Source: Candidatus Latescibacterota bacterium (GTDB taxonomy: Bacteria; Latescibacterota; UBA2968; UBA8231). Taken from it: DNA of 64,000 nt. The notes below the pieces were generated by a model, which worked only from the letters and a program-made list of their open reading frames with translations, did no database searches and was not told the origin of the DNA. Within the stretch, counting starts at the first letter, position 1, and every line of letters begins with the position of its first letter. The position numbers were made by a program, and so were the translations under genes. Location: contig CBDCXV010000002.1 in assembly GCA_965223905.1 (NCBI GenBank), positions 352,001-416,000 of the forward strand, in the 5' to 3' direction. Positions 40,287 through 50,653 of the stretch are shown one piece after another.

Positions 40287-41290
40287 GCGAGTCGCGCACC
40301 ATCAGGGCCGGGGTGCTGGGGGCGGGCAACTTCGCCAACAACCAGCACCTGCCCAACCTCATGCGCATACAGGGAGTCGAGGTCGCCGCCATCTGCGACG
40401 TCGACGGGGAGAAGGCGCGCCGGACCGCGGCCGCCTTCGGTATCCCCGCGGTGTACACCGACGGGCACGAGATGATCGACAGGGAGCCGCTCGACGCCCT
40501 GTGGTCGATTGTGCCGGCGTACACGCGCACCGACATCGAGGCCACCGCGGCTTCGAAAGGGATTCACCTGTTCAGCGAGAAACCGCAGGCGATGACGATG
40601 GAGGTCGCCCGCCGCATCGACGAGGCGGTGCGCGAGGCCGGGGTGATCAGCACCGTCTGCTTCCGCGAGCGCTACCGGCCGATCTTCATGGAGGCGAAGC
40701 GGCTGCTCGCAGGCAAGGAGGTCGTCCACATCCGCTATCAGAACGTCTCCGGCCTGCCGGCGCCGCCGTCGGAGGATGCCGGGTGGAGCGGACAGCTCGA
40801 CAAGGGGGGGACCTCCTGGTTCGACTGGGGCCCGCACGCCGTCGACTACTGCCGCTACATGAGCGGCCTCGACGTCGCCAGGGCGCAGTGCTTCTTCAAC
40901 CACCCCGGCCGCCATCCGGTGCCGACGTCGGCGGCGTTCAACTTCTCGATGTCGAACGGGGCGACGATGACGATGAGCTTCGTCGCCGCTTCCGCCGGCA
41001 AGCCCGCGGACGAGCCCTACTTCCTGCTCTACTACGAGGGCGGCTACGTCGGCGTTCACAACTACAGCCACATCGACATGAACGGCGAGCGCGTCTTCGA
41101 GGGAGAGGAGTACAACCCCTGGTTCGAGCTCGACCGCCGCTTCTGCGAGGCGGTGCGCAGCGGCGACGACAGCGGTCTCCTCAACGACTACCACGACGGC
41201 CTCTACTCCCTGGCCCCGGTGCTCGCCGGCTGGGAATCGGCGCGCCGCGGGGGGGAGCCGATCGACATCTACGAGTTCATGAAAGCGTAA
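40283..41290 (+). CDS. Gfo/Idh/MocA family oxidoreductase
   Basis: GAGNFA, EKP, DWGPHAVD. Confidence 0.85.
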   Translation: MSESRTIRAGVLGAGNFANNQHLPNLMRIQGVEVAAICDVDGEKARRTAAAFGIPAVYTDGHEMIDREPLDALWSIVPAYTRTDIEATAASKGIHLFSEKPQAMTMEVARRIDEAVREAGVISTVCFRERYRPIFMEAKRLLAGKEVVHIRYQNVSGLPAPPSEDAGWSGQLDKGGTSWFDWGPHAVDYCRYMSGLDVARAQCFFNHPGRHPVPTSAAFNFSMSNGATMTMSFVAASAGKPADEPYFLLYYEGGYVGVHNYSHIDMNGERVFEGEEYNPWFELDRRFCEAVRSGDDSGLLNDYHDGLYSLAPVLAGWESARRGGEPIDIYEFMKA

Positions 41291-41318
41291 ACCGACGAAA
41301 GACGAAAGGCATATTTAG

Positions 41319-42407
41319 GTGAAGACCATGACAAAGAGAGCCGCTCTCCCCCCCGACCGGGGCAACGCGGAAAAAGCTCTCCAACCCGCCCCGGGGGCCC
41401 GGCTCCTGCTCGGGGCCGTCGCCGCCGCGGCGCTGATCCTGATCGCCGGCAGGGCCGGCGCCCAGCAGTTCAGCTGGACGATCCAGTCCCTGTGGCAGGC
41501 CGGCTCCATCAACCACGGCGTCTTCGAGCAGTTCTGCGAGAACGTCGCGGCCCTGACGGGCGGCCGCCTGGCCATCACCCCGGTGCCGGTGGGAACCCTC
41601 GTCGCCTACAACGAGACCCTCGATGCGGTCGGCTCCGGCATTCTCGACGGCCAACAGAGCGGCCCGGGGTACTCGGCGGGGAAGGACGCCGGCTTCGCCA
41701 TGCTGTCGGAGTTCCCCGGCGCCTACGAGAACGCCTACCAGATGCAGATGTGGTTCGAGTACGGCGGCGGCAAGGAGCTGGCGCGCGAGCTCTACGGCCG
41801 CTTCAACCTGTACTACATCGGCTCGGTCTGGCACGGCATGGAGTCGATTCCGTCGAAGAAGCCGCTGCGCTCGGTCGACGACCTCAAGGGGGTGAAGATG
41901 CGCATCCCCGAGGGGCTGAATCAGGAGATCTTCAAGCGCATCGGCGCCGCCCCGGTCAACATTCCGGGCAGCGAGGTGTACACCTCGCTCGACCGCGGCG
42001 TCATCGACGCCACCGACTGGGGGACCCTGGGGATGAACGTCGACCTCGGCTACCACAAGATCGCCCCCTACCAGATCTACCCGGGGTTCCACTCCCTGCC
42101 GATGGGGGACGTGGCCGTCAACATGGACCGCTGGAACGAGCTGCCCCCCGACATCCAGGCGATCCTCGAGGCCGCGGTGCGGGACTTCGCGCGCCAGATG
42201 ATCCAGGAGATGGCCGAGGCCGACGCCGCCGCGGCCCAGACCGCCCGGGAGCAGGGGGTCGAGCTGGTGACCTGGGACAGGGAGGAGCGGCGCCGCTTCC
42301 GCGTCATCGCCACGGAGGTGCTCAAGGACTTCGCCCTTCGCAGCGAGATGGCGCAGCGTATCTACGATTCCCACCTCGCCTATCTCGACAAACTGGGACT
42401 GATGTGA
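41319..42407 (+). CDS. dctP: TRAP transporter substrate-binding protein
   Basis: DLKGVKMR, EVYTSLDRGVIDA, WNELPPD. Confidence 0.9.
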   Translation: MKTMTKRAALPPDRGNAEKALQPAPGARLLLGAVAAAALILIAGRAGAQQFSWTIQSLWQAGSINHGVFEQFCENVAALTGGRLAITPVPVGTLVAYNETLDAVGSGILDGQQSGPGYSAGKDAGFAMLSEFPGAYENAYQMQMWFEYGGGKELARELYGRFNLYYIGSVWHGMESIPSKKPLRSVDDLKGVKMRIPEGLNQEIFKRIGAAPVNIPGSEVYTSLDRGVIDATDWGTLGMNVDLGYHKIAPYQIYPGFHSLPMGDVAVNMDRWNELPPDIQAILEAAVRDFARQMIQEMAEADAAAAQTAREQGVELVTWDREERRRFRVIATEVLKDFALRSEMAQRIYDSHLAYLDKLGLM

Positions 42408-42892
42408 GCGAGCCCCGGCTGGACCGGGCAGTCCGCGGCATCGGCGAGGCGACCAGCCTGGCATTCCTCGCCGCGGTAGCGCTGACCTTCTACGAGGTCA
42501 TCCTGCGCTACTTCTTCAACGCCCCCACCACCTGGGTGCACGAGGTCAGCATCTTCCTGACCGCGGCCGCCTTCATCATCGCCGGCTCCTACACCCTGCA
42601 GCGGAAGGACCACATCCGCATCAGCCTGGTATTCGACAAGCTGCCGGCCCGGGGACGCCGCCTGCTGACGGTGGTCAATCTGCTGATCGCCCTGTACTTC
42701 CTCGCCGCCCTGCTGTACGGGGCCGCGGTGCAGGCGGGCAAGGCGCTGGCGGTCATGGAGCGCACCGGCACAGCCTCCGACCTGCCGATCCCGGTGACCC
42801 TGAAGACCCTTCTCGCCGCCGGGGTGGGCCTGATGATCCTCCAGAGTCTCGCGCAGCTGGCGCGCGCCCTGAGGGGCAGGGAGGCCGGCTGA
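42404..42892 (+). CDS. dctQ: TRAP transporter small permease
   Basis: EVILRYFFNAPTTWVHE, HIRI; GTG start overlaps the dctP stop. Confidence 0.88.
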   Translation: MSEPRLDRAVRGIGEATSLAFLAAVALTFYEVILRYFFNAPTTWVHEVSIFLTAAAFIIAGSYTLQRKDHIRISLVFDKLPARGRRLLTVVNLLIALYFLAALLYGAAVQAGKALAVMERTGTASDLPIPVTLKTLLAAGVGLMILQSLAQLARALRGREAG

Positions 42893-44211
42893 TGGACATC
42901 GGCCTGCTGACCCTCGTCATCGTCCTGGCGATGGCGGCGCTGCTGGTCATGGGCCTGCCCCTGGCGTTCGTCACCGGGACGGTCGCGGTCACCGTCGGGC
43001 TGCTGAAGTTCGGCCCGAGCGTGCTCGGCCTCATCGCCAGCCGCATCTACAGCTTCATGAGCGAGTACGTCCTCGTCGCCGTGCCGATGTTCATCCTGAT
43101 GGCGTCGCTGATGGAGCGCACCGGCGTCGCCCGCGACCTCTACCGCGCCATGCACGTGTGGGCCGGCGGCCTGCGCGGCGGCCTCGCGGTGCAGACCCTG
43201 CTGGCGGCGATGCTCATGGCGGCGATGACCGGCATCATCGGGGGGGAGATCGTCCTCCTCGGGATGATCGCCCTGCCGCAGATGCTGCGCCTGGGGTACA
43301 ACAAGAACATCGCCATCGGCACCATATGCGCCGGGGGCTCGCTGGGCACGATGATCCCGCCGAGCGTGGTGCTCATCATCTACGGCCTGACCGCCAACGT
43401 CCCCATCGGCGACCTGTTCCTGGCGACTATCGCCCCCGCCTTCGTCCTCGCCGGGCTCTACCTGTTCTACATCCTGGTGCGCTGCAACCTCAACCCGAAG
43501 CTCGGACCGCCGGCGCCGCCGGAGGAGCGGAGCATGCCGGTGCGGGAGAAGCTCGCCCTGTTCAAGGACCTCGTCCTGCCGCTGAGCGTCGCCGCCTGGG
43601 TGCTGGGCAGCATCTACGCAGGCATCGCCTCGGTCAGCGAGGCCGCGGGCATGGGGGTCGTCGGCACCGTTGTCGCCGCCCTGGTGCGCAGGGAGCTGTC
43701 CTGGAAGGTCGTGCGCGACTCGATCCGGCAGACGATGAACACCTGCGGCATGCTGCTGTGGCTGACCTTCGGGGCAACCGCCCTGATCGGCGTGTACAAC
43801 CTCCTCGGCGGGATGCACTTCGTCCGCTCGGCGGTGACCGGCCTCGACCTGGCCCCGGTGTTCGTCATCGCCGTCATGATGGCCATCCTCGTCGTCATGG
43901 GCCTGTTCATGGACTGGGTCGGCATCCTCCTGCTCACGGTGCCGATCTTCGTGCCGATCGTATCCGCCCTCGGGTACGACCCGGTCTGGTTCGGGGTGCT
44001 GTTCTGCATGAACATGCAGGTCTCCTACCTGTCCCCGCCGTTCGGCCCGGCCGCCTTCTACCTCAAGGGGGTGGCCCCTCCCGGGATCAGCCTGCAGGAC
44101 ATCTTCGCCGGAGTCTTGCCCTTCATCGCTCTGCAGCTGATCGGTCTCGGCCTGGTGCTGGCCTTTCCCAACATCGCCCTGTGGCTGCCCCGCCTGGTGT
44201 ACGGCGGGTAG
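42892..44211 (+). CDS. dctM: TRAP transporter large permease
   Basis: AVPMFILM, GTMIPPS, DPVWFG, SPPFG. Confidence 0.9.
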   Translation: MDIGLLTLVIVLAMAALLVMGLPLAFVTGTVAVTVGLLKFGPSVLGLIASRIYSFMSEYVLVAVPMFILMASLMERTGVARDLYRAMHVWAGGLRGGLAVQTLLAAMLMAAMTGIIGGEIVLLGMIALPQMLRLGYNKNIAIGTICAGGSLGTMIPPSVVLIIYGLTANVPIGDLFLATIAPAFVLAGLYLFYILVRCNLNPKLGPPAPPEERSMPVREKLALFKDLVLPLSVAAWVLGSIYAGIASVSEAAGMGVVGTVVAALVRRELSWKVVRDSIRQTMNTCGMLLWLTFGATALIGVYNLLGGMHFVRSAVTGLDLAPVFVIAVMMAILVVMGLFMDWVGILLLTVPIFVPIVSALGYDPVWFGVLFCMNMQVSYLSPPFGPAAFYLKGVAPPGISLQDIFAGVLPFIALQLIGLGLVLAFPNIALWLPRLVYGG

Positions 44212-44363
44212 GGCCGGGGTTCCCCAAAAACCGGGCTGACCCCGGGCGGGCAGCTATTCGCGAACCGGAGGGTTGCATTAAGAAGAGGGCTTCTATTTCC
44301 CATGGGATGCGAGAAGCGCGACCGGTTTTTTCTCAGTTGACTTGCATTTTGCGGGAACCGGCC

Positions 44364-44372
44364 TGTTACAAT
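44364..44372 (+). promoter_or_regulatory. Possible extended -10 promoter (TGT-TACAAT)
   Basis: AT-rich patch about 48 bp upstream of the ATG at 44420. Confidence 0.35.
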
Positions 44373-44419
44373 TACAATAAAGCCAGAACCCTCCCCCGGC
44401 AGTATAGAAAGGGCCGGAC

Positions 44420-44962
44420 ATGAACGATAAATTGATGATCTCAGTTTTTCTGATGAGCTTGGCGGTCGCTCGCGCCGGATGGGCAGCGGCGCCGGCGGCC
44501 CCGGATTCCGTCTGGACGGAGGACGGCGGGGTTCCCGGGTTCGTGGTTGTGGTATGGCCATCGGTTCCGAATGCCGATGGATACCGGATCTACCTGGAGC
44601 TCGCAGTGACCACGGACGCGAACCCGGAGGGCGAAATCGTGCAACTCGAGTCCCCCGAGTACGCTCTGATCCAGTGGGGCTACGTAGAACAACAGGAAGG
44701 GGTGATTCGGGCGGTGGTCGCCAACTTCGGGACGGCTGCGTCGCTTGGTGTGGCCACCGTTCAAGGCGGTCAGGAGTCATCGACGACATGGTACGGGGGA
44801 GCAGATTTCAACCTGGACGGCCGCGTAGATTTGGATGACTTCTTCCTTTTCGCGGATGCCTTCGGAACCGACCGTCAACCATTCGACCTCAACCGGGACC
44901 TGAAGGTGGACTTGGCTGACTTCTCACTGTTTGCCGACGCCTTCGGCAGGAAGCAACGGTAG
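44420..44962 (+). CDS. Exported protein with C-terminal dockerin/EF-hand-like double motif
   Basis: Signal peptide; DFNLDGRVDLDDFFLFADAFG...DLNRDLKVDLADFSLFADAFG. Confidence 0.75.
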   Translation: MNDKLMISVFLMSLAVARAGWAAAPAAPDSVWTEDGGVPGFVVVVWPSVPNADGYRIYLELAVTTDANPEGEIVQLESPEYALIQWGYVEQQEGVIRAVVANFGTAASLGVATVQGGQESSTTWYGGADFNLDGRVDLDDFFLFADAFGTDRQPFDLNRDLKVDLADFSLFADAFGRKQR

Positions 44963-45117
44963 CTTTCAGGCGTGCAGTGGAGGGTTCGCAGGAATAACCC
45001 GACCCCTCCAAACCCCTGGAGGTTTGTTGCCCGTAAAGGGTTCGCCCCTCCCGGCAGCCTGCAGGCCCTCGACCCCCCCGACCTCGGCGCAAGCATCCTG
45101 AACCTGGCCGCAGGGGA

Positions 45118-46074
45118 CTACCCCCGGGCCAGCAGCTCCTCGACCTCGGCTCGCAGCGGCATCGAGTCCTGCACGCCGGGCCGAGTGACCGCCAGGGCCC
45201 CGGCCGCGGCGGCGAAGGTGACGGCGTCGCGCAGGTTCCTGCCCTCGGCGAGGGCGACGGCGAGGGCGACCGCGAGGGCGCCGTGGAAGGCGTCTCCCGC
45301 CGAGGTAGTGTCGACGGCTTCGACGGCAAAGGGAGGGACGAACCCCTCCTCATCGCCGCTTCTGTAGTAAGCCCCCAGCTCCGCCATCTTTATCACCGCG
45401 GCAGGTGCCCCCCGTTGGAGAAGCAGGCCGGCGGCTCGAGCGGCGGACTCCACACTGTCGACGGCGACGCCGACCAAAAACTCCGCTTCCGTCTGGTTCG
45501 GCGCGACAATATCGAACGCCGCAAAAGCTTCCTCCGGGATGTCGGCAGCCGGGGCCGGGTCGAGGATGACGCGGACGTTCCGGTCCCTGGCGGCCCGCGC
45601 CGCCCGCAGGGACACCTCGAGAGGGATCTCCATCTGCAACAGCAGGACGTCGGTGTCCGGCAGGGCGGCTTCGACCGCCCGCAGCTGCTCGCCGCCGCAG
45701 CGCAGGTTGGCCCCGTAGGTCGCCAGGACGCGGTTCTGGCCGCTGCCGTCGACGAGGATGACGCCGACTCCGGACGCCGCTTCCGGATCGACTGCGACGT
45801 CCGCAGTGTCGACCCCGTGCGAGCGCAGGGATTCGAGGAGGGCGGGGCCGAAGAGGTCGTCGCCGACGCGCCCCACCATTTTGACGCGCGCACCCTGGCG
45901 GGAGGCGGCCACCGCCTGGGTCGCCCCCTTGCCGCCCGGGGAGCTGTAGAAGCACTCGCCGCGCAGGGTCTGGCCGGGGGCCGGCAGGGTCCCGGCACGG
46001 GTGATCAGCCCCATGTGGATGCCGCCGAGGACGAGGACGCGGGGGGTGGTGGATGCCGCTGTTACGAGCTTCAC
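45118..46074 (-). CDS. rbsK: Ribokinase (PfkB family)
   Basis: PGGKGA.QAVA, GRVGDD.FG, LLQMEIP, PNQTEA, VDTTSAGDAFHGAL. Confidence 0.85.
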   Translation of the reverse strand: MKLVTAASTTPRVLVLGGIHMGLITRAGTLPAPGQTLRGECFYSSPGGKGATQAVAASRQGARVKMVGRVGDDLFGPALLESLRSHGVDTADVAVDPEAASGVGVILVDGSGQNRVLATYGANLRCGGEQLRAVEAALPDTDVLLLQMEIPLEVSLRAARAARDRNVRVILDPAPAADIPEEAFAAFDIVAPNQTEAEFLVGVAVDSVESAARAAGLLLQRGAPAAVIKMAELGAYYRSGDEEGFVPPFAVEAVDTTSAGDAFHGALAVALAVALAEGRNLRDAVTFAAAAGALAVTRPGVQDSMPLRAEVEELLARG

Positions 46075-46081
46075 GGCCCGC

Positions 46082-47320
46082 CTATCCGCAGATCACCGGA
46101 TTCGGGCGGGCGCTGTACCCCCCCGGCTTGTAGGGAAACCGCTTCTCGAGATCGGGGGCCAGCTCCATGCCGAACCCGGGCCGGTCCGGCAGGTCCATGT
46201 AGCCGTCCACCACCACCAGCGGATCGGTGAAGATCTCGGTGCGCAGCGGGTCCCAGGTCTCGAACTGCTCCAGCATCAGCGCGTTCGGGCTGGCGGCCAC
46301 GAGGGCGGCGTTGGCGAGGGTGCAGCTGCCGTCCCCCCAGTTGTGGGGGCAGAACGGCCTGCCGTGCGAGGCCGCCATGCGCACCACCCTCCAGGCTTCC
46401 ATCAGGCCGATGCGGCCGGCGTCGGGCTGCGGCATCTCGATGGCGCCGCGGTCGACCCACTCCTTGAGCTCGTGGCTGTTCCAGCAGGACTCGCCCCCCG
46501 AGATCATCACGGTCGGCAGCGCCTCCTGCAGCTGGAGGTAGCGGTCGAAGGCGTCCTCCCCCTGGCGGCTCATCGGCTCCTCGAACCAGGTGAAGCGCAG
46601 CTCTTCGAGGACGGGTGCGAGCTGCAGGGCCTCCTCCAGCGACCAGGGGCGCAGCTCGAGGGCGAGGTCGAAGCCGTCCCCGACCGCGCCGCGCACGCGC
46701 TCGAGCCAGGGGATGAACTTGTCGACCGTCATGCCGCTGAACTCCCACTCGGTGCCGGGGCGGAACTTGTAGGCGGTGAACCCCTGCTCCTTCATCGCCG
46801 CGGCCTCCTCGACCAGCTGCTCGGGGCGGTCGTACCAGGCGTACTTGACGCCGGCGCTGGCGTACACGCGCAGGCGCGTATTCGGCTCGGCGTCGACGGC
46901 GAGAAGGTCGTACACCGGCCGGCCGGTGAGCTTGCCGATGAGGTCGAAGAGGGCGGCTTCGGCTCCGGCCCAGGCGCAGCGGCCGATGCTGGTGGCGCCG
47001 CCCCAGGCGAGGCGGTCGAGGTCGAAGGGGTTCTTCCCGATCAGGCTGGGGCCGACCACCACCTCGAGGTATTGCTTTACCGGCAGGCAGCACCCGCCCC
47101 CGCTGTAGCGGCTGGCGCCGCCGAGGCCGACGACCCCTTGGTCGGTGTGGATCCGGACGATGATGGAGTCGGACTTCCACCAGATGTTGCGGACGACGAG
47201 CAGCTGCTCCTCGGGCGGGTACTCGCAGGTGAGAAGGGTGACCTCGAGCCCGGTGATGACGGCGTTCTGGCGCTCGATTCCCTCGAGCGGATGCAGGCGG
47301 TTTCGCTGGGGTTGGTTCAT
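46082..47320 (-). CDS. Mandelate racemase/muconate lactonizing enzyme family protein
   Basis: ALFDLIGK..G.PVYDLL, K.R, WFEEP, GGE, QPD, PHNW. Confidence 0.85.
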   Translation of the reverse strand: MNQPQRNRLHPLEGIERQNAVITGLEVTLLTCEYPPEEQLLVVRNIWWKSDSIIVRIHTDQGVVGLGGASRYSGGGCCLPVKQYLEVVVGPSLIGKNPFDLDRLAWGGATSIGRCAWAGAEAALFDLIGKLTGRPVYDLLAVDAEPNTRLRVYASAGVKYAWYDRPEQLVEEAAAMKEQGFTAYKFRPGTEWEFSGMTVDKFIPWLERVRGAVGDGFDLALELRPWSLEEALQLAPVLEELRFTWFEEPMSRQGEDAFDRYLQLQEALPTVMISGGESCWNSHELKEWVDRGAIEMPQPDAGRIGLMEAWRVVRMAASHGRPFCPHNWGDGSCTLANAALVAASPNALMLEQFETWDPLRTEIFTDPLVVVDGYMDLPDRPGFGMELAPDLEKRFPYKPGGYSARPNPVICG

Positions 47321-47472
47321 GGCTCGGCTTTCGCTGGGGTTGCGGGATCGCCACAATCAAAGCGGAAAGCCGGGGCGCTCAAAGTTTCCAGGCGCCTGGA
47401 ACGGGGCGCCTGCCGCGAATGCTACAAATGCGTTACGGCAAGTACGCGCGGCCGGATCATTGCCGAACTTTA

Positions 47473-47679
47473 ATGGCGATGACGAAAACGCGAACGGACA
47501 TCCCCACCGCAACCGGATGGGTCGAGCTGCGATCCGCGGCCCAGGTCCGCCTGATCGAAGAGCTGGCCTCGGACCCGGAGCTCATGCAGCCGAAGCTCTC
47601 CGGCATCGACCGCTGCCGCGAGTGGAACGCCCGGGCTACCGGAGCCATTCCCGCGGTCGTCGAAAGGTTCGTCGACTGA
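47473..47679 (+). CDS. Small hypothetical protein
   Basis: High-GC3 codon pattern; TGATG coupling to the next gene. Confidence 0.4.
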   Translation: MAMTKTRTDIPTATGWVELRSAAQVRLIEELASDPELMQPKLSGIDRCREWNARATGAIPAVVERFVD

Positions 47680-48404
47680 TGAAGAAGAAACCGGATCTTG
47701 CCGCCGCCCAAAGCCCGGCCCGGCCCGAGGGAAAGGGGCCGGGGCAGGTTGAGTCGCTGTGGCTGGATTTCGACGGCACTCTCTGGAACAACCAGAAGGC
47801 TTGCGTCCGGCAGCTCGAGTTCGCCCTGCGCGTCCTCGGCATCGACGGGGACGCGCGCTCCGTCTGGCTGAAGGCCCACGAGGCCAACCCGTCGCGCGCG
47901 CTCTTTGACTTCTTCCGCAGCCGCAAGCACGTCGGCAAGGTGTCGCGAAAGCCGATCGAGTCCTGGCGCTTCCTGCGCAACATGCACGAAATGGCGATGC
48001 GCGGCTCGCGCCCGTTCCCGCTGCTGGACGCCTACGCGTACGCGCTGGAGTACTTCGAAGTGGCGATCGTCAGCTCGAACAAGAAGAAGGTGATCGCCAA
48101 GGCCCTGCAGGAGCACGGCCTGCAGGACCCCCACGTCTACAGCTGCGGCAAGAAGAACAAGAGGAAGAAGTTCGCCAGGCTGCTGGGGGAGATCGGAAAG
48201 CCCGGGAAGGTGCTGGTGGTCAGCGACACCACCGGCGACCTCCGCTTCGCCGACGATCAGGGGATCCCGACCATCGGGGCCGGCTGGGGACTGCACGGGG
48301 CGGAGAAGCTGCGCGCCGAGAAGCTCGAGCACGGCCTCGGGGTGCTCGACGAGCCGCAGGAGCTGCTGCCGCGCCTGCGCGAGCTGCGCTGCGAGGGAGG
48401 GTGA
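47679..48404 (+). CDS. HAD-superfamily hydrolase (phosphoglycolate phosphatase-like)
   Basis: LDFDGTL, IVSSN, SDTTGDL, GAGWG. Confidence 0.8.
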   Translation: MKKKPDLAAAQSPARPEGKGPGQVESLWLDFDGTLWNNQKACVRQLEFALRVLGIDGDARSVWLKAHEANPSRALFDFFRSRKHVGKVSRKPIESWRFLRNMHEMAMRGSRPFPLLDAYAYALEYFEVAIVSSNKKKVIAKALQEHGLQDPHVYSCGKKNKRKKFARLLGEIGKPGKVLVVSDTTGDLRFADDQGIPTIGAGWGLHGAEKLRAEKLEHGLGVLDEPQELLPRLRELRCEGG

Positions 48405-48611
48405 GGGCTGCTATTCTGGATTGGTGGAGTCAAAGTTTTCCGGCCGCGCTAATTAGCATGATGACGACTAAACCCGGGCAGTTACTCAACGTCAATCCGC
48501 ACCCGAATTTTGGATTCCTCCACGACCCACAGCTGCGGTCGAAAAACTAATCAGACAATATTTACGCGTTGAAAATAGGGAAAATGGCGGTCGAAATCGC
48601 TCATTTCGCCT

Positions 48612-49250
48612 CTACCATGGCTTCTTGTCAAGATCAGACAGCATAATAGGTATCCTGTATCCATATTTCGCTACAACCAATTCCACATTCTCTACCAACA
48701 AAGGTGACGCTTTTGGTTGAATATAGATCGAATCTATTAGTTGTATAGGATCGATTTCTAAGGTCCATCCATTATGTGCCATAGCCACTCTCTTGTCCGA
48801 CTCCTGTTCAAGAAGGAAATCAGTGCTGAAGGCCCTCACTTCTTCTTCATGGCTAAATTCTTGTCGCTTGTAAAGGACGGGCCGTAGGTGATGGCTCTCT
48901 ACAGTTTCGTAATTATCTACAAATTCATCCAGTCTATCTACATATTCCCTCGGGTCAAAAAAATCAAGGTAGTGAACGAAGCCGACGAATACAGAATTGG
49001 GCATTACAGATAGTCTCGATATTGTTTTCTGCCGATCAGCCCCCTGCTGGAGGGCCAAATACTTCATGATCGACGGATATCCTTCATATGGATCGTCAAA
49101 ATCCTTCAAGCGTGCAAAGTGAATTTTGCCGGTCTGGATTAAATGGAGAAATTTGGGCAAATCTAAATACCGCCACAATAATGCATCGTCTAAGCCTATA
49201 GTCTCTGGCTGGCGGTCTTGCACGATAGCGTGCTTTGTATTAGCTGGCAT
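48612..49250 (-). CDS. DUF2971-like protein, probably internally deleted
   Basis: LWRYL..KF......F..F.DPYEG and YKR..F.HE.EVR motifs; the usual central CW..E..MW segment is not seen; low GC. Confidence 0.55.
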   Translation of the reverse strand: MPANTKHAIVQDRQPETIGLDDALLWRYLDLPKFLHLIQTGKIHFARLKDFDDPYEGYPSIMKYLALQQGADRQKTISRLSVMPNSVFVGFVHYLDFFDPREYVDRLDEFVDNYETVESHHLRPVLYKRQEFSHEEEVRAFSTDFLLEQESDKRVAMAHNGWTLEIDPIQLIDSIYIQPKASPLLVENVELVVAKYGYRIPIMLSDLDKKPW

Positions 49251-49279
49251 TAGTCCACCTGAAAATTACTTTAAGCCTT

Positions 49280-49480
49280 AAGTGCATGGAGAAACCGCGC
49301 TCCGATCTTCAGGATATGGTCTCGCGCTTGGCTTTCAAGGCCAACACGACTATCCCGGGATACGCGCTCGGGGGATACGTTCGGATATCCGCGAAGTCCA
49401 TATCAATCAAGGGAAACGATGGCACGGCCCTACTGAACGCAGACCAACGCGAGATCAGCATCCCTGGCTCATTCCGCATG
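49280..49480 (-). pseudogene. Remnant of a DUF5615-like PIN (VapC45-type) gene
   Basis: DADLALVCVQ*GRAIVSLD / MDFADIRTYPPSAYPGIVVL with a stop and frameshifts. Confidence 0.55.
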
Positions 49481-49495
49481 AACGGCCTCGTTTGA

Positions 49496-50599
49496 TCATT
49501 CGGCCCCGATCCACGCGGAACCGTAGTCGTTATCAAGCTCACGATACATGCTGTGGGCGTGATCTACAGTGCCTTCGCCGTTTTGAATCGAGTATTCTAG
49601 CACCAGGGACGGGCTGGTCACCCGGAAATACGCAGCGCCCAGGACACCCTGCCGGCCCCACCATCCAAAGTAGGTGTCCTCGATCTCGGCCACCACGGTC
49701 TTCATTTTTTCAGCATAGTCGTCATCGTTCATGAAACCCAAACGGGCCTCGATCACATCCAGGAGCAGCGTTCTCTGCATAGTTGTAAGTTCGCTGCCCT
49801 TGATGCCTTCCGGCGCAACTGTTGCGCCATACTTTCCTGGCCCCAGCAAGAGATCGATGGGCTGCTCTGCACGAACGGCTTGTTCTCTCTGTTCGTCCGT
49901 AAGGCTATCCATGAACGCTTGCGCTGCCGCAGTTTCCCTCTGCGTAATGAAGATGTCGTCACCGTCAAGGCGAAAGTGCAGCGGTTGACCGCCGGTCAGC
50001 ATCGGTGAAAAGGAAATGTTCGGCCCGAATACTGTGGCGTTTATTGCGAGATGGTGCCCGCCGAACTGAAACATCCAAGGCTCTGTAGTTGACGGTTCTC
50101 CGAGAAATGCAGCGTAAAAGTACTCACTGCCATATTTCAAGACGCCGGACAAGTCTCCCGAGATCAGCATGTCCTCTGCTGCCAATTGATAAGTGACATT
50201 TTTCATACCGTCTTCACTCAGGAGTTCCCCAAGGAGCTTATCGAGATTCGCCCGCTGTGATTCAGAGAGAACACCGAGCTTTACACCACCACGCGGAACC
50301 ATGCCCTCAGGGAAGTTGGACCAGTTTGAACGCTGTTCGTTATCGCTGAATCGATATGTCACCGCTTGACTCTGATAGTCGTCCAGTGAGTCCAGAAAGA
50401 GCATTGCGGCTGCGACGATGGCCACGGTCTTTTCGTCTGCAGCAGGCACGTCGTGAGCGTGCTTGAGATTCATCTCTACTGGTGAGGGAGCCGTTCCAAA
50501 AAAGACTTGAGGTGCAATATCTGGACGAAAGAACAGGTAGGCGAAAATTGCGGCAACGATAATCGCTGCACCCAGAAGGTAGATCAATACACGTTTCAT
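49496..50599 (-). CDS. DUF3500 domain protein
   Basis: WSNFP..RGG, FLGEPS..PW..QFGGHHLAIN, HAHSMYRE..NDYG. Confidence 0.8.
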   Translation of the reverse strand: MKRVLIYLLGAAIIVAAIFAYLFFRPDIAPQVFFGTAPSPVEMNLKHAHDVPAADEKTVAIVAAAMLFLDSLDDYQSQAVTYRFSDNEQRSNWSNFPEGMVPRGGVKLGVLSESQRANLDKLLGELLSEDGMKNVTYQLAAEDMLISGDLSGVLKYGSEYFYAAFLGEPSTTEPWMFQFGGHHLAINATVFGPNISFSPMLTGGQPLHFRLDGDDIFITQRETAAAQAFMDSLTDEQREQAVRAEQPIDLLLGPGKYGATVAPEGIKGSELTTMQRTLLLDVIEARLGFMNDDDYAEKMKTVVAEIEDTYFGWWGRQGVLGAAYFRVTSPSLVLEYSIQNGEGTVDHAHSMYRELDNDYGSAWIGAE

Positions 50600-50653
50600 G
50601 GACCCGTGTTGTACATTCTTTCCGTCCTTTTTCGGATGATGTTGTTTGTTACT

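Noticed and set aside
45247-45281. 12-bp tandem repeat in ribokinase (ALAVALAVALA)
   Set aside because: Small in-frame slippage duplication of low significance.
48420-48435. TGGTGGAG (reverse complement CTCCACCA) at the island edge as a tRNA/tmRNA 3'-end att site
   Set aside because: Only 8 bp match, with no T-arm and no second copy found.
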